From a virus (lineage: Duplodnaviria > Heunggongvirae > Uroviricota > Caudoviricetes), in the IMG/VR virus record IMGVR_UViG_2778261588_000001: 25,754 nucleotides of DNA, one strand, 5' to 3'. Position 1 is the first letter of the stretch, and every line of letters begins with the position of its first letter. Below the pieces are notes generated by a model. That model saw nothing but the letters and a program-made list of their open reading frames with translations. It was not told the DNA's origin and ran no database searches. A program made the translations under genes and the position numbers. Below, piece after piece: positions 8,059 through 17,485 of this stretch.

Positions 8059-9108
8059 TTACCCAAGCACGCCAGTTGCAAAGGCGTGATCAAGAAAACG
8101 AAAAATTAAATCAACCTGAGAACCATGCTTTTCTTCGAACGCCAGAGGATCCGCATGAAGCTCGTTGTGATGCTCCCGACACAGCGGTAGCGTGAAAATA
8201 TCGTGAGATTTTGTCCCCATTCCGCCCTGACCATGACCAATCAGGTGATGGGGATCGTCGGCTGGCTTACCACAATACGCACACGGCTGTGTCTTCACCC
8301 AGCGTGTGTATTTCTCGTTAACCCAGCGGCGACGTTTAGGTCGTTTCATGAAAGATTCCGGAGACTCAGGATCAACGGCAATGCTGACCACCGTCTTTTC
8401 CTGTGGTGGGTTCTGTTGCTGGTGGGCGTGAGGCAGCGGCGCAAGATTTTTTGTGCGCTGTTTCAGTATGCTGGTGGCGGTCTGCTCTCCCGGTACGATG
8501 TCGCTTTCACGGTACATTGAGCGGATTTTTTCCGCACGCAACCCCAGCGAACGACGTAATACCGCTTCCGGTAGCGCGTCCGCCACCTGATTGCGGACCG
8601 CCCACCAGGATAATTCAGCCAGCGATAATTCCCGCTCCTGTGTGCCATTCATTGCGTGACGAATGACGTCAATCATCCATGCTGACAAGTTTTGGTGAGC
8701 AAGTTGCTCAAGTGATTCGGAGGTCTGGTCACGCAACTGGTTGTCGCAGTGCCAGCACAACACCATTGCGCCGGTACCATAACGGTGAATGACGGTTTCG
8801 CTGTGATGATAATCGCCGTGTGGCCACTGGCAGGATTTAATATGGCGCAACAGCCAGTCAGACAATGCACCAGCACCACCAGCAGCACGAATCACCCGTG
8901 CGTTACTGAAAAACGGCAGCAATGTTTTGTCTTCCACCAGCGGCTGGCGAACGGCAGGAACGCCCCCGGACGGCAGATTACGCATGCTTTTCGGTTCCGG
9001 CTCCACCAGTACCCGGGTATTGTGGAATACCGGCATGGATTCACGGCCCGGCTTAACGATCACCAGCCCGAGTTCCGGTACCAGAACAGGTCGAAGTAAT
9101 ACTCGCAC
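8059..9108 (-). CDS. ydfU: DUF968 protein, YdfU-like (349 aa)
   Basis: Length and sequence recalled as the Qin YdfU family; C-terminal Cys/His cluster CAYCGKPADDPHHLIGHGQGG...CREHHNELH. Confidence 0.75.
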   Translation of the reverse strand: MRVLLRPVLVPELGLVIVKPGRESMPVFHNTRVLVEPEPKSMRNLPSGGVPAVRQPLVEDKTLLPFFSNARVIRAAGGAGALSDWLLRHIKSCQWPHGDYHHSETVIHRYGTGAMVLCWHCDNQLRDQTSESLEQLAHQNLSAWMIDVIRHAMNGTQERELSLAELSWWAVRNQVADALPEAVLRRSLGLRAEKIRSMYRESDIVPGEQTATSILKQRTKNLAPLPHAHQQQNPPQEKTVVSIAVDPESPESFMKRPKRRRWVNEKYTRWVKTQPCAYCGKPADDPHHLIGHGQGGMGTKSHDIFTLPLCREHHNELHADPLAFEEKHGSQVDLIFRFLDHAFATGVLG

Positions 9109-9109
9109 G

Positions 9110-9388
9110 TTACCTCCAGATGCGTTGCTGGAATGTGCGGGACGGACGCGGTGATCGTTCGGAGTAAGGAAGCCTGACGGAGATTATCCAGTGACGATAA
9201 TCGAGGCTGAGGGCTTTCTTAATCTCGTATCCGTGTCTGCGGTAGCACTGAATTAGCCACTCGGCCTGTTCTTCAGTGCATGGGGGATGCTGGAACCAGT
9301 CAGATTTGAAAGTGCGGGAACGCCGCCCGTGCCTGCTGGCAAAGACGGCAGAATCATCAGAATTGTGTAATTTGGTATCGTGCGCCAT
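9110..9388 (-). CDS. Hypothetical phage protein (92 aa from the ATG at 9388)
   Basis: ORF only. The longer 135-aa version would start at a GTG upstream of the hok terminator, so the ATG at 9388 is preferred. No homology recognised. Confidence 0.4.
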   Translation of the reverse strand: MAHDTKLHNSDDSAVFASRHGRRSRTFKSDWFQHPPCTEEQAEWLIQCYRRHGYEIKKALSLDYRHWIISVRLPYSERSPRPSRTFQQRIWR

Positions 9389-9460
9389 CGGTTGTCTCTG
9401 CTGGCGCAGCAGGTGCCAGTTGTTCAGGCTGGCGTGCGAATTGTAAACCAGAATGCCAGG

Positions 9461-9487
9461 AAAAAACAAAACCCGCCGAAGCGGGTT
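9461..9487 (-). terminator. Rho-independent terminator after hok
   Basis: Minus strand: stem AACCCGC / GCGGGTT with loop TTCG, followed by TTGTTTTTT. Confidence 0.55.
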
Positions 9488-9555
9488 ACGTGCGGGTGCG
9501 TTGAGGATGCCTGACACATCAGAGGTGGCGAGGGATTTCTCCCTCGCCGGGTCTC

Positions 9556-9711
9556 TTACTCCTCAGGTTCGTAAACTGTGAAGACAGCGACCTCCGTCTG
9601 GCCGGTTCGGATTCGTACCTCGCAGAGGTCTTTCCTCGTTACCAGTGCCGTCACTATGACGGTTAAACAGATGACGATCAGGGCGATTAACATCGCCTTT
9701 TGCTGCTTCAT
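9556..9711 (-). CDS. hokD: Hok-family type I toxin (51 aa), HokD/RelF-like
   Basis: MKQQKAMLIALIVICLTVIVTALVTRKDLCEVRIRTGQTEVAVFTVYEPEE is near-identical to E. coli HokD as recalled. An in-frame 19-codon upstream extension exists but the internal ATG gives the canonical length. Confidence 0.85.
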   Translation of the reverse strand: MKQQKAMLIALIVICLTVIVTALVTRKDLCEVRIRTGQTEVAVFTVYEPEE

Positions 9712-10431
9712 AGCCTGCTTCTCCTTGCCTTTCGGCACGTAAGAGGCTAACCTAGATTTGCCGTTCATAGATTGAGCCTCAGATTAATGTTAAGCGTCTT
9801 GCAGGACGCGTAATGTTAACTGGGGCTTTTCTCTATCTGCCTTTGGTGTTCATGCCTGAGGCAGATAGCCTCAAGCACCCGCAGCAATTCTACTTAACTC
9901 CCGTCACCTCGCCAATATAAAATCAATCAGAAAGGCGATCCATAAGAACAACAGCAAGACAATAAATTGCCATTACAGCCGCAATAGCTAGCGCACATTT
10001 GAGAACCAGCACGACAACCTCCTGTATTGGACGTACACCAGTTCTGATAAATATGAGGCTGTCTCATCATTGATTCAATATAACTATTGGGTATAGTTTC
10101 TGTGATTTTGTTCTGTAGAAATGGAACACAACAACCAGTCACCACCAGCACTTCTTTAAATACGCCAAGTCCGACGCAAGCTAACCTTCTAGTCCGCTTT
10201 GAGCGAGGAGCGGACCAAACCCGGCCAACTGACTCTTAAAGGGGCCGCAGGAATTTTTCGTCTGAACTTTCGAAGCTCCTCTCCCTGAAGACAGAAAACT
10301 TCTGTGTGCTGTGGGAATATTGAATCTTTGCATTAGATATAAATAATTTTATCCCGCCTGAAGTTTACATTATTTTATTTATCTGTTTTTCTAAATCAGA
10401 CTGCACTCCTTACTTAAATCAGGAGCCAGTC

Positions 10432-11631
10432 ATGCCATTTGTTATTTATGTGTTTACTATCAGTGCCTTTGCGCTCGGACTCGCGGAATTTGTCCCCATT
10501 GGGCTGACAGACGTTATGGCTCAGGGGTTGTGTGTGGGTGTGGAGCAGACCGGGGCAGCGGTTACAACCTATGCACTGGGGGCAACGTTCGCGGCACCCG
10601 TACTGTCTGCGCTGACAGCAAGCTGGAGCCGGAAAAATGTAATGCTTACAACTGCCGTTGTGTTTACTGCCGGTAGTCTGGCGGCCGCGTTTGCAGCCAC
10701 ATTACCTCAGCTCCTGTTAGCGCGGTTCATTGCTGGTCTGGGACACGGCCTGTTTCTGGCTGCGGCATCCAGTACCGCAGCTCGTCTTGCTGGACCGGGT
10801 AAAGCAGGCAGAGCGGTGGCTGTGGTATTTGGTGGCTTTACTCTGGCGATGGCAATCGGCGTACCGCTGAGTACATGGTTGGGGGGGGTGGTCTCATGGC
10901 GTCCAGTTCTCGGCGCTATTGCCGCTTTTGGCGCGTTCGGATTCCTTGGACTGTTGTTCGGTATGAAAGATCCCGTACGCAGCGTGCCCGGTGAACATAG
11001 TGACTCAGCAATGCAGAATATCGGCATGCTGTTTAACCGTAAGTTGCTGGCCGGCGCGCTGGTTACGGTGCTGGCGTATGCAGGCTCGTTTACGGCTTAC
11101 ACCTTTATCGCACCTATTCTGACGCAGGTGACAGGGGTTACCGGAGCAACGGTGAGTCTGTTTATGCTGGTTTACGGTATTACAGCTGCGGTAGGTAATA
11201 TTCTTGGTGGGAAACTTACCGACAGCATGGGGGTTAATCGTGCCAATATACTCATCATTAGCGGCATTGTTGTTGTCGTGCTTGGTATGTGGCTGCTGTC
11301 ATCCTCACCGGTGAGCATGGGCATTCTGGTTGCGCTGCTGGGTATGGTGACATTTGCCGCAGTGCCGGCACTGCAGGCCCGTCTGATTGGTGTCGCTGAG
11401 CAACATGCTCCTCATGCGCATGGTGTTGCTGCCGGCCTGAATATTGCGGGCTTCAACTCAGGTATAGCGCTGGGATCAGTACTGGGCAGCATTACTATAA
11501 GCCACGCCGGTATCGTGTATACCGGTATCAGCGGTGCGATTGTTTCTCTGCTCGGCCTGCTGTTGCTGCTTGCACAAATCCGTCGCAGCCACAGTCGTAA
11601 ATTTCAACAGGTTAAAATCGTAGGCCAGTAA
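10432..11631 (+). CDS. MFS transporter (399 aa, 12-TM type), cargo
   Basis: Long hydrophobic ORF with Gly/Ala-rich helices; SD AGGAG upstream; visibly higher GC than flanking phage DNA. Confidence 0.85.
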   Translation: MPFVIYVFTISAFALGLAEFVPIGLTDVMAQGLCVGVEQTGAAVTTYALGATFAAPVLSALTASWSRKNVMLTTAVVFTAGSLAAAFAATLPQLLLARFIAGLGHGLFLAAASSTAARLAGPGKAGRAVAVVFGGFTLAMAIGVPLSTWLGGVVSWRPVLGAIAAFGAFGFLGLLFGMKDPVRSVPGEHSDSAMQNIGMLFNRKLLAGALVTVLAYAGSFTAYTFIAPILTQVTGVTGATVSLFMLVYGITAAVGNILGGKLTDSMGVNRANILIISGIVVVVLGMWLLSSSPVSMGILVALLGMVTFAAVPALQARLIGVAEQHAPHAHGVAAGLNIAGFNSGIALGSVLGSITISHAGIVYTGISGAIVSLLGLLLLLAQIRRSHSRKFQQVKIVGQ

Positions 11632-11642
11632 AGGGAGGTTAT

Positions 11643-12335
11643 ATGCTTACCCGTGAAAATATGCTTAATGGCACATTTGTCAGGGTGCATGAAGCGCTGC
11701 TCCCGGCGAATATGCTCTGGGACGCTGAAAAAATACGCGCATCAATGAACTCTACTCTGGAGGAGCGCCCGACGGGTGCTCCTTTCTGGATATTTGCCTA
11801 CGGGTCATTGATGTGGAATCCCGTGCTGGCAATTGAAGAAATGCAACGGGCCCGTCTGAAAGGATGGCAGCGCAGTTTCTGCATTCGTTTGATATCCGGA
11901 CGAGCGACTCCTGATGTCCCCGGCAGGATGTTATCGCTCGACGAAGGTGGAATTACCGAAGGTATTGCGTTCAGACTGCCGGAATCGACTCTTATTAATG
12001 AGCTGGAAATTGTCTGGACGCGCGAGATGATAACCGGTCTTTACCGTCCGGTCTGGGCAGACGTTTCGCTAGGAAACGGTGAGGAAATTCAGGCGCTGGC
12101 TTTCGTATCAGACAGACTGCATCCGCATTATGAACAGGACAATCTTACAGCGACCGTAGCGTTGAGCATCGCATCTGCCCGTGGAGACATTGGCACGAAT
12201 GCAGATTATGTATGGAAACTGCAGGCCACTCTGGGTGCGTTGGGAATACGGGATGATTACGTGAGTGAACTGGCCCTTGCTCTGCATGAGGCTCCCTGTA
12301 ACGATAAACTTCATCAGCGAGGCGCTTCACTATGA
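11643..12335 (+). CDS. ChaC-family gamma-glutamylcyclotransferase-like protein (230 aa)
   Basis: Motif FWIFAYGSLMWNP and downstream GRMLSLDEGG...LWTREMITG pattern typical of ChaC; SD AAGGGAGG upstream. Confidence 0.8.
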   Translation: MLTRENMLNGTFVRVHEALLPANMLWDAEKIRASMNSTLEERPTGAPFWIFAYGSLMWNPVLAIEEMQRARLKGWQRSFCIRLISGRATPDVPGRMLSLDEGGITEGIAFRLPESTLINELEIVWTREMITGLYRPVWADVSLGNGEEIQALAFVSDRLHPHYEQDNLTATVALSIASARGDIGTNADYVWKLQATLGALGIRDDYVSELALALHEAPCNDKLHQRGASL

Positions 12336-13213
12336 GCCATCTGAGCCATCTGCGAACGTTTCTTGAGGCCTATCGCTCTGGCTCCTTTTCAAAGGCGGCA
12401 GAACTACTGGGCATCACTCAGCCCGCGGCGTCACAGCATATCCAGTCTCTTGAGACTCTGGTTGGTAAGCGTCTGTTTATCAGGCAGGCCAGAGGCGTGA
12501 CGGCAACCGAAGCTGCGGATGAGCTTGCCCGCTCAGTTTCACCCTTCATTGATGGTCTGGAAGAAAAGCTGTCCTCTTTCCGGTCAGGCTCTGTACACGG
12601 GGGAACAATTAATCTGGCAGGACCGCCAGATTTTATTCATTCCCGGCTTGGGACAGTAATGGCTCCACTAATGAAGGAGGGGTATCGCCTACGCTTTCAT
12701 ACCGGCAATAAGCAACGTATTTATTCCCTTTTGCATGACGGGAGCGCCGATCTCGCTGTTACCGCATCTATGCCTGATGACCGTCTGTACGGCTATGCAC
12801 ATCTACTGACTGAACGCATGCTCCTTGTTCATGCTCCCGCCATGTCAGAGATCATCGGATCAGAACCTGGTGCTGAAACGCTTGCCTCATTACCGCTGAT
12901 TGCTTATGACGAAGAGTTGCCACTGATTAGAGCGCTCTGGGCCTCCATGTTTCAGAGAGCCCCTGAGATGCAGGCTACATTCACCATTCCGGATTTACGT
13001 ATTATCCGCGACTTGGTCTGTGACGGCCACGGGTGGACAGTGCTGCCGGATTATCACTGTGACAATGACCTGAAAAGTGGTCGCCTGATTTCAGTGACAC
13101 CTGCAGACCTCGCTCCGACTAATCATCTTTATCTGGTCTGGAACAAAAGGACGGCTAATAACAGCCGAACCGCCTATGTTCGGGATTACATTCTTAAAAC
13201 GTTTCCGCGTTGA
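12332..13213 (+). CDS. LysR-family transcriptional regulator (293 aa)
   Basis: N-terminal HTH LRTFLEAYRSGSFSKAAELLGITQPAASQHIQSLE; start overlaps the ChaC-like stop. Confidence 0.85.
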   Translation: MSHLSHLRTFLEAYRSGSFSKAAELLGITQPAASQHIQSLETLVGKRLFIRQARGVTATEAADELARSVSPFIDGLEEKLSSFRSGSVHGGTINLAGPPDFIHSRLGTVMAPLMKEGYRLRFHTGNKQRIYSLLHDGSADLAVTASMPDDRLYGYAHLLTERMLLVHAPAMSEIIGSEPGAETLASLPLIAYDEELPLIRALWASMFQRAPEMQATFTIPDLRIIRDLVCDGHGWTVLPDYHCDNDLKSGRLISVTPADLAPTNHLYLVWNKRTANNSRTAYVRDYILKTFPR

Positions 13214-13257
13214 TGTTTGAAACGGATGATTGGCGATGCGTATCATAAGTTACGTAT

Positions 13258-13281
13258 GTCCGCTTCTGGCACAAAGCAGAC
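13258..13281. repeat. Hairpin repeat copy A: GTCCGCTT-ctggcaca-AAGCAGAC
   Basis: Read directly; shares a 16-nt core (15/16 identical) with copy B at 16931..16954; lies between the convergent LysR and membrane-protein genes. Confidence 0.45.
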
Positions 13282-13343
13282 GCCCACTCTCACGCGAATG
13301 CTTTGCCCTTGACTTGCCAACAACCGTATCGCTTGCTCCGCAA

Positions 13344-14636
13344 CTATGGTTTTTTATTAGAACCTTCGCCACTAAATAAATTATAATAAATTGATTTTAT
13401 TAGATATCTGTCAGAATCTATATGGTCAGCACGAGTAGCATGCTCTAATGTTTCAAATGCTAGGGTTTGTGCGGCTTCAGCAAAAATTCCAGGCCAACCC
13501 TTACTCAGCATCGACAGTCCTTTAAGTACCCTTATCTGAATTTCCCTCATACTGGCACCATCGCGCGCAACAGGTGAGAAAAAGTCTTCAAGTAGATCGT
13601 TATTCTGAAGTGGTGCAACATGTACAGAAGGATATTTCACTTCTATTTCATCAGATTTATTCTGCGCGTAAGCGGAAAGTATACGTACACCTCTGCCAAT
13701 GACATCAATGGCGGTTCCAGGATCGTTCACTGCGGGGGAAAGGGCTCGGCAGGCTATTTCGGCCATGACGCTAAGACAAAATCGGGGGTCCTGAGCAAAT
13801 GAACGTACATCCGAGACAATAATCGTCTCAAGTAAATCGGTGCTGATTGATGACTCCTGGCCCTGACTCAGGTACAAAACTGGCGTGGACGGATGTATGA
13901 AACTGCCCGGCTGCGCCACGAGGTATACATGACGGGGATCATTGGTCAGCAGCTTGCTGAGTTTCACCATATCAACATATTCAACATAGCCAATCTTTTT
14001 CGGATAAACTGCAACCGTTCCTTTCGGCTGTTCATTGTTCTCAAGCCAAGGATATCCGCCGAGACAGGGATTTCTTGCTCTCGCAATAAATGTTTCGATG
14101 GCCGCCTGTTCTACTTTTGCCGTTGTCTCACCAACCCTCCCCAGAGAGGTCAAATGCTGTATCCAGCGAAGCAATGTGATGAGGATTAAGGCAATGACAA
14201 CCAGTGTTACAATGAATAAAATGACTCTCCCCCTTTCTCCATAAGCTCCCATATTGAGGGCAATAATCCCTACCAGACTGAAGAGAAAAGAACCGATGAA
14301 GGTGGCCAGTACATTTTGTGTGGTGACGTCTTCAACAACTAAACGAGTAGCTCTGGGAGTCACATTAGTAGTGGCTGAACCGTAGGCTGTGACCATGATG
14401 CTCAGCGAAAATGTGGTCACTGCCAGCATACTCGATGCCAGTATGTTCAGAATGTTATCGACTGCTTCCGCACCAACCTTCACGGAAACCGACTCAGGTA
14501 TCATTGATTTAAAAAGAATTGATAAAAGGGCCGTTATTATTGCGACAATTGCGAATAACGTTGCCCTGAACCATAGTTTTTTAAATGTCTGCTTCAGCAT
14601 CCATTTCCAGCGTGAAATCATTCTGCATTCCCTCAT
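13344..14636 (-). CDS. Predicted membrane protein (430 aa), DUF2254-like
   Basis: N-terminal transmembrane segments followed by a soluble C-terminal domain; family assignment from memory and uncertain. Confidence 0.65.
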   Translation of the reverse strand: MRECRMISRWKWMLKQTFKKLWFRATLFAIVAIITALLSILFKSMIPESVSVKVGAEAVDNILNILASSMLAVTTFSLSIMVTAYGSATTNVTPRATRLVVEDVTTQNVLATFIGSFLFSLVGIIALNMGAYGERGRVILFIVTLVVIALILITLLRWIQHLTSLGRVGETTAKVEQAAIETFIARARNPCLGGYPWLENNEQPKGTVAVYPKKIGYVEYVDMVKLSKLLTNDPRHVYLVAQPGSFIHPSTPVLYLSQGQESSISTDLLETIIVSDVRSFAQDPRFCLSVMAEIACRALSPAVNDPGTAIDVIGRGVRILSAYAQNKSDEIEVKYPSVHVAPLQNNDLLEDFFSPVARDGASMREIQIRVLKGLSMLSKGWPGIFAEAAQTLAFETLEHATRADHIDSDRYLIKSIYYNLFSGEGSNKKP

Positions 14637-14684
14637 ATTGCAGCCGGGATAAATAAATGCCGCCTCTGTGGCGGCATGTTGCTG

Positions 14685-16688
14685 TTAACGAACCAGATGC
14701 AGGAAGTGCAGGTGTTTTTCGTACTGGTCCAGTATGTCATTAATCAGCTGTTCCTGATTCCAGCCCATTACATCATAATTTTGGCCGCCCTCTTTGAGAT
14801 AGACTTCAGCGCGATAATATCGATGTTGTTCACTCTGCTGCTCATCATTATCCAGCGCAGCGAGCGCGAAGGTCGGTGAGTTATACCCGCGAAGCCTCAC
14901 TTCATATATATAATTCAGCTCGTTGCCCAAATCGACTTCAAGGCGAATACGATCCTCGGCGGCGTCACTGATGTGGCTTATCGTTCCCTGCTTGTTAAGT
15001 TCCTCCTGAACCAGCGTCATGGCGGGTTGGATAATGTCGTCCATAAAACGTTTCACAAGAGAGCGCTTCGGCAAATACGCGATATTGCGTAACCTTCTCT
15101 GCCAGGGAATTGGGTTACGTGCAGCCGTAGGAGCAATAGTCGCCATGCTAAGGCTTTCACGCTTGGTCAAATCCCGACGCAGGGCTTTTAACAGTCCGTA
15201 TATGGATATTAATAAGATAACTGAGAAGGGCAATGCACTCGCTATCGTTACGGTTTGCAACGCACTCAGCCCCCCTGCGATCAGCAGGGCAATAGCAACA
15301 ACGCCCATGAGCGATGCCCAGAAAATTCGCTGCCAGACGGGCGTGTTTGCCACCCCACCTGATGCCAGAGTATCCACAACCATTGCCCCCGAATCAGCAG
15401 ACGTTACAAAGAAGACGATGACCATCGCCATTGCAATGAATGACAGCACGGAAGAGAACGGGAAATGCTCCAGGAAATTAAACAGGGCAAGCGCAACATC
15501 CTGCTGAACGGTATTGGCGAGGTCAGTGGCGCCCTGGTTCATGATGAGATAGATGGCGCTGTTTCCAAACACCGTCATCCACATGAGCGTAAAGCCGGCG
15601 GGAACAAACAACACGCCAGTCACGAACTCACGAATTGTCCTGCCGCGGGAAACGCGTGCAATGAACATACCTACAAACGGCGACCATGAAAGCCACCATC
15701 CCCAGTATAATAATGTCCAGCCCCCCAGCCAGTTGCTCGACTTGGGTTCATACGCGTAAAGGTTGAACGTTTTACTCACCAGTTCCGACAGATAACCACC
15801 CGTATTTTCCACAAATGACTTCAGCAGAAGCACAGTGGGACCCAGGCACAAGACCAGCGCCAGGAGCAACACCGCCAGGCCCAGATTAAGCTCAGACAGG
15901 ATGCGTATTCCCTTGTCCAGGCCGGACACCACCGAAATCGTCGCTAACCCCGTGATGACCACGATCAAAATGACCTGTACCGTTTCATTGATGGGCACGC
16001 CGAAAAGATGGTTCAAACCGGCATTCACCTGCAATACACCGTAACCCAGTGATGTTGCAACGCCAAAGACAGTGCCTATCACGGCGAAGATATCAACCGC
16101 GTGGCCTATAGGCCCGTAAATGCGATCGCCGATAATGGGATAGAGCGCAGAACGCAGCGTTAAAGGCAGACCGTGACGGTAACTGAAAAAGGCCAGAATC
16201 AGCGCCACGATGGCATAAATTGCCCATGCGTGCAGACCCCAGTGGAAGAACGTCAGGCGCATGGCTTCCTTCGCTGCCGCAACGGTCTCTGGAGTGCCGA
16301 CAGGTGGCGAAAGATAATGCATCACAGGTTCGGCAACGCCAAAGAACATCAGGCCGATCCCCATCCCTGCCGAAAAAAGCATCGCGAACCAGGAGTGGTA
16401 GCTGAAATCAGGCTGCGCATGGTCTGGGCCCAGCTTTATATCACCGTAACGTGAGAGTCCAAGGAACGTGACGCTCAGTAAAATCAGGGCCACAGCAAGT
16501 ATGTAGAACCAGCTGGCATTCGTGAAGATTTGTTGCTGAAGTAGTTTAAAATTTTTGTCGGCGACATCCGGGAATACGGCGGCAAAGGCGACAAGAAGGA
16601 AAATTAGCAAAGCAGATGTAAAGAATACCGCTTTGTTAATCTGGCTTGTAGACTTCTTTGGGGTTGTATCATTTTCACTCATAATCAT
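14685..16688 (-). CDS. BCCT-family transporter, BetT-like (667 aa)
   Basis: Length and N-terminal pattern (...GDIKLGPDHAQPDFSYHSWFAMLFSAGMGIGLMFFGVAEPVMHY) parallel E. coli BetT as recalled; long C-terminal cytoplasmic tail. Confidence 0.85.
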   Translation of the reverse strand: MIMSENDTTPKKSTSQINKAVFFTSALLIFLLVAFAAVFPDVADKNFKLLQQQIFTNASWFYILAVALILLSVTFLGLSRYGDIKLGPDHAQPDFSYHSWFAMLFSAGMGIGLMFFGVAEPVMHYLSPPVGTPETVAAAKEAMRLTFFHWGLHAWAIYAIVALILAFFSYRHGLPLTLRSALYPIIGDRIYGPIGHAVDIFAVIGTVFGVATSLGYGVLQVNAGLNHLFGVPINETVQVILIVVITGLATISVVSGLDKGIRILSELNLGLAVLLLALVLCLGPTVLLLKSFVENTGGYLSELVSKTFNLYAYEPKSSNWLGGWTLLYWGWWLSWSPFVGMFIARVSRGRTIREFVTGVLFVPAGFTLMWMTVFGNSAIYLIMNQGATDLANTVQQDVALALFNFLEHFPFSSVLSFIAMAMVIVFFVTSADSGAMVVDTLASGGVANTPVWQRIFWASLMGVVAIALLIAGGLSALQTVTIASALPFSVILLISIYGLLKALRRDLTKRESLSMATIAPTAARNPIPWQRRLRNIAYLPKRSLVKRFMDDIIQPAMTLVQEELNKQGTISHISDAAEDRIRLEVDLGNELNYIYEVRLRGYNSPTFALAALDNDEQQSEQHRYYRAEVYLKEGGQNYDVMGWNQEQLINDILDQYEKHLHFLHLVR

Positions 16689-16930
16689 TTATTCCATTAA
16701 TTAAATCCGCACTGGATAGAAGGTACTACCTCTCACAGAGTAGCAAAGTTCAACTGGCTATGCGGGGTTAATCGGAATGCATGGTGGAATGAGTGCCGAT
16801 ACAAATCATCCTATATTCTAAGGAGTTTTAAGTTACTCAGCCTGCCAATTACTGGGGCATTTAATTTGTATGATCTGTATCAAAGCTGGGATATAAGTTA
16901 AGTGAAGTATATTAGGCACGAATTACCAGC

Positions 16931-16954
16931 GTCTGCTCTTGGCACAAAGCGGAC
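16931..16954. repeat. Hairpin repeat copy B: GTCTGCTC-ttggcaca-AAGCGGAC
   Basis: Read directly; matches copy A; lies between the BetT-like gene start and the upstream phage gene. Confidence 0.45.
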
Positions 16955-17022
16955 AACCACGCTAGCTCTACCCTGTGCCACAAAATGTCAATTTGCATCT
17001 GAACTAATGCACTTTAATCTCG

Positions 17023-17445
17023 TCACTTCAATAAATACCGAACATCCCCCTGATAAAACGACAATATGCGCTGCATAACTTCGCTCTTCCGGCACTCGCG
17101 ACAGATTATGTTTAGGCGACTGTCGTAGCGACGTATTTCTCCGTCAGGTAATGACCAGATAAGGTCCGGATCAACCACAACCGGTTTCTTCAGCTTTGCC
17201 CTCGATAATTTTTTGCGGGCATTTTGCCAGTCTTTACGAGCCTGTTCAGACGGGAATAACCCGTAGCCAGAATTGTATACATCGCCACTGGCAACCAGCT
17301 CTCTGGCCAGAACGCTCATCAGATATCTTGTTGCCCCAGTTTTAGCTTCCAGTTGTCGTAACGTCTCGCGCCCACTCTGGCGTACGAGTTCAAGAACCTG
17401 CCCTTTAATTTTTTCCCGCTCTTCTTGTGTAAAAACTTTTGCCAC
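17023..17445 (-). CDS. Hypothetical phage early protein (140 aa)
   Basis: ORF immediately downstream of the O-like gene in the early-right operon; basic, possibly DNA-binding; no homology recognised. Confidence 0.5.
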   Translation of the reverse strand: MAKVFTQEEREKIKGQVLELVRQSGRETLRQLEAKTGATRYLMSVLARELVASGDVYNSGYGLFPSEQARKDWQNARKKLSRAKLKKPVVVDPDLIWSLPDGEIRRYDSRLNIICRECRKSEVMQRILSFYQGDVRYLLK

Positions 17446-17485
17446 AAGCCCTCCTGAAAATTACCTCATGACCAGAAATTAACAC

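Noticed and set aside
8203-9099. Several 60-116 aa ORFs on the plus strand (8203..8520, 8403..8666, 8749..9099, 8927..9154)
   Set aside because: All lie entirely within and antisense to the well-supported DUF968 gene; treated as shadow ORFs.
9927-10151. Cys-rich 74-aa ORF on the minus strand
   Set aside because: No ribosome-binding site, lies in the intergenic region between hok and the cargo block, composition looks like chance translation of GC-rich DNA.
9712-10431. Looked for relE and relB upstream of hokD, as in the K-12 relBEF operon
   Set aside because: No reading frame in any phase gives RelE-like or RelB-like sequence; only the hok leader and the MFS promoter region are present.
13266-13273. 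TGGCAC in the loops of the repeated hairpins resembles the -24 element of sigma-54 promoters
   Set aside because: No GC/TTGC -12 element at the required spacing downstream in either copy; the match is limited to the hexamer.
17023-17445. Considered the 140-aa protein as the helicase loader (P/DnaC-like)
   Set aside because: Too short and lacks any Walker A (GxxxxGK[ST]) motif; left as hypothetical.
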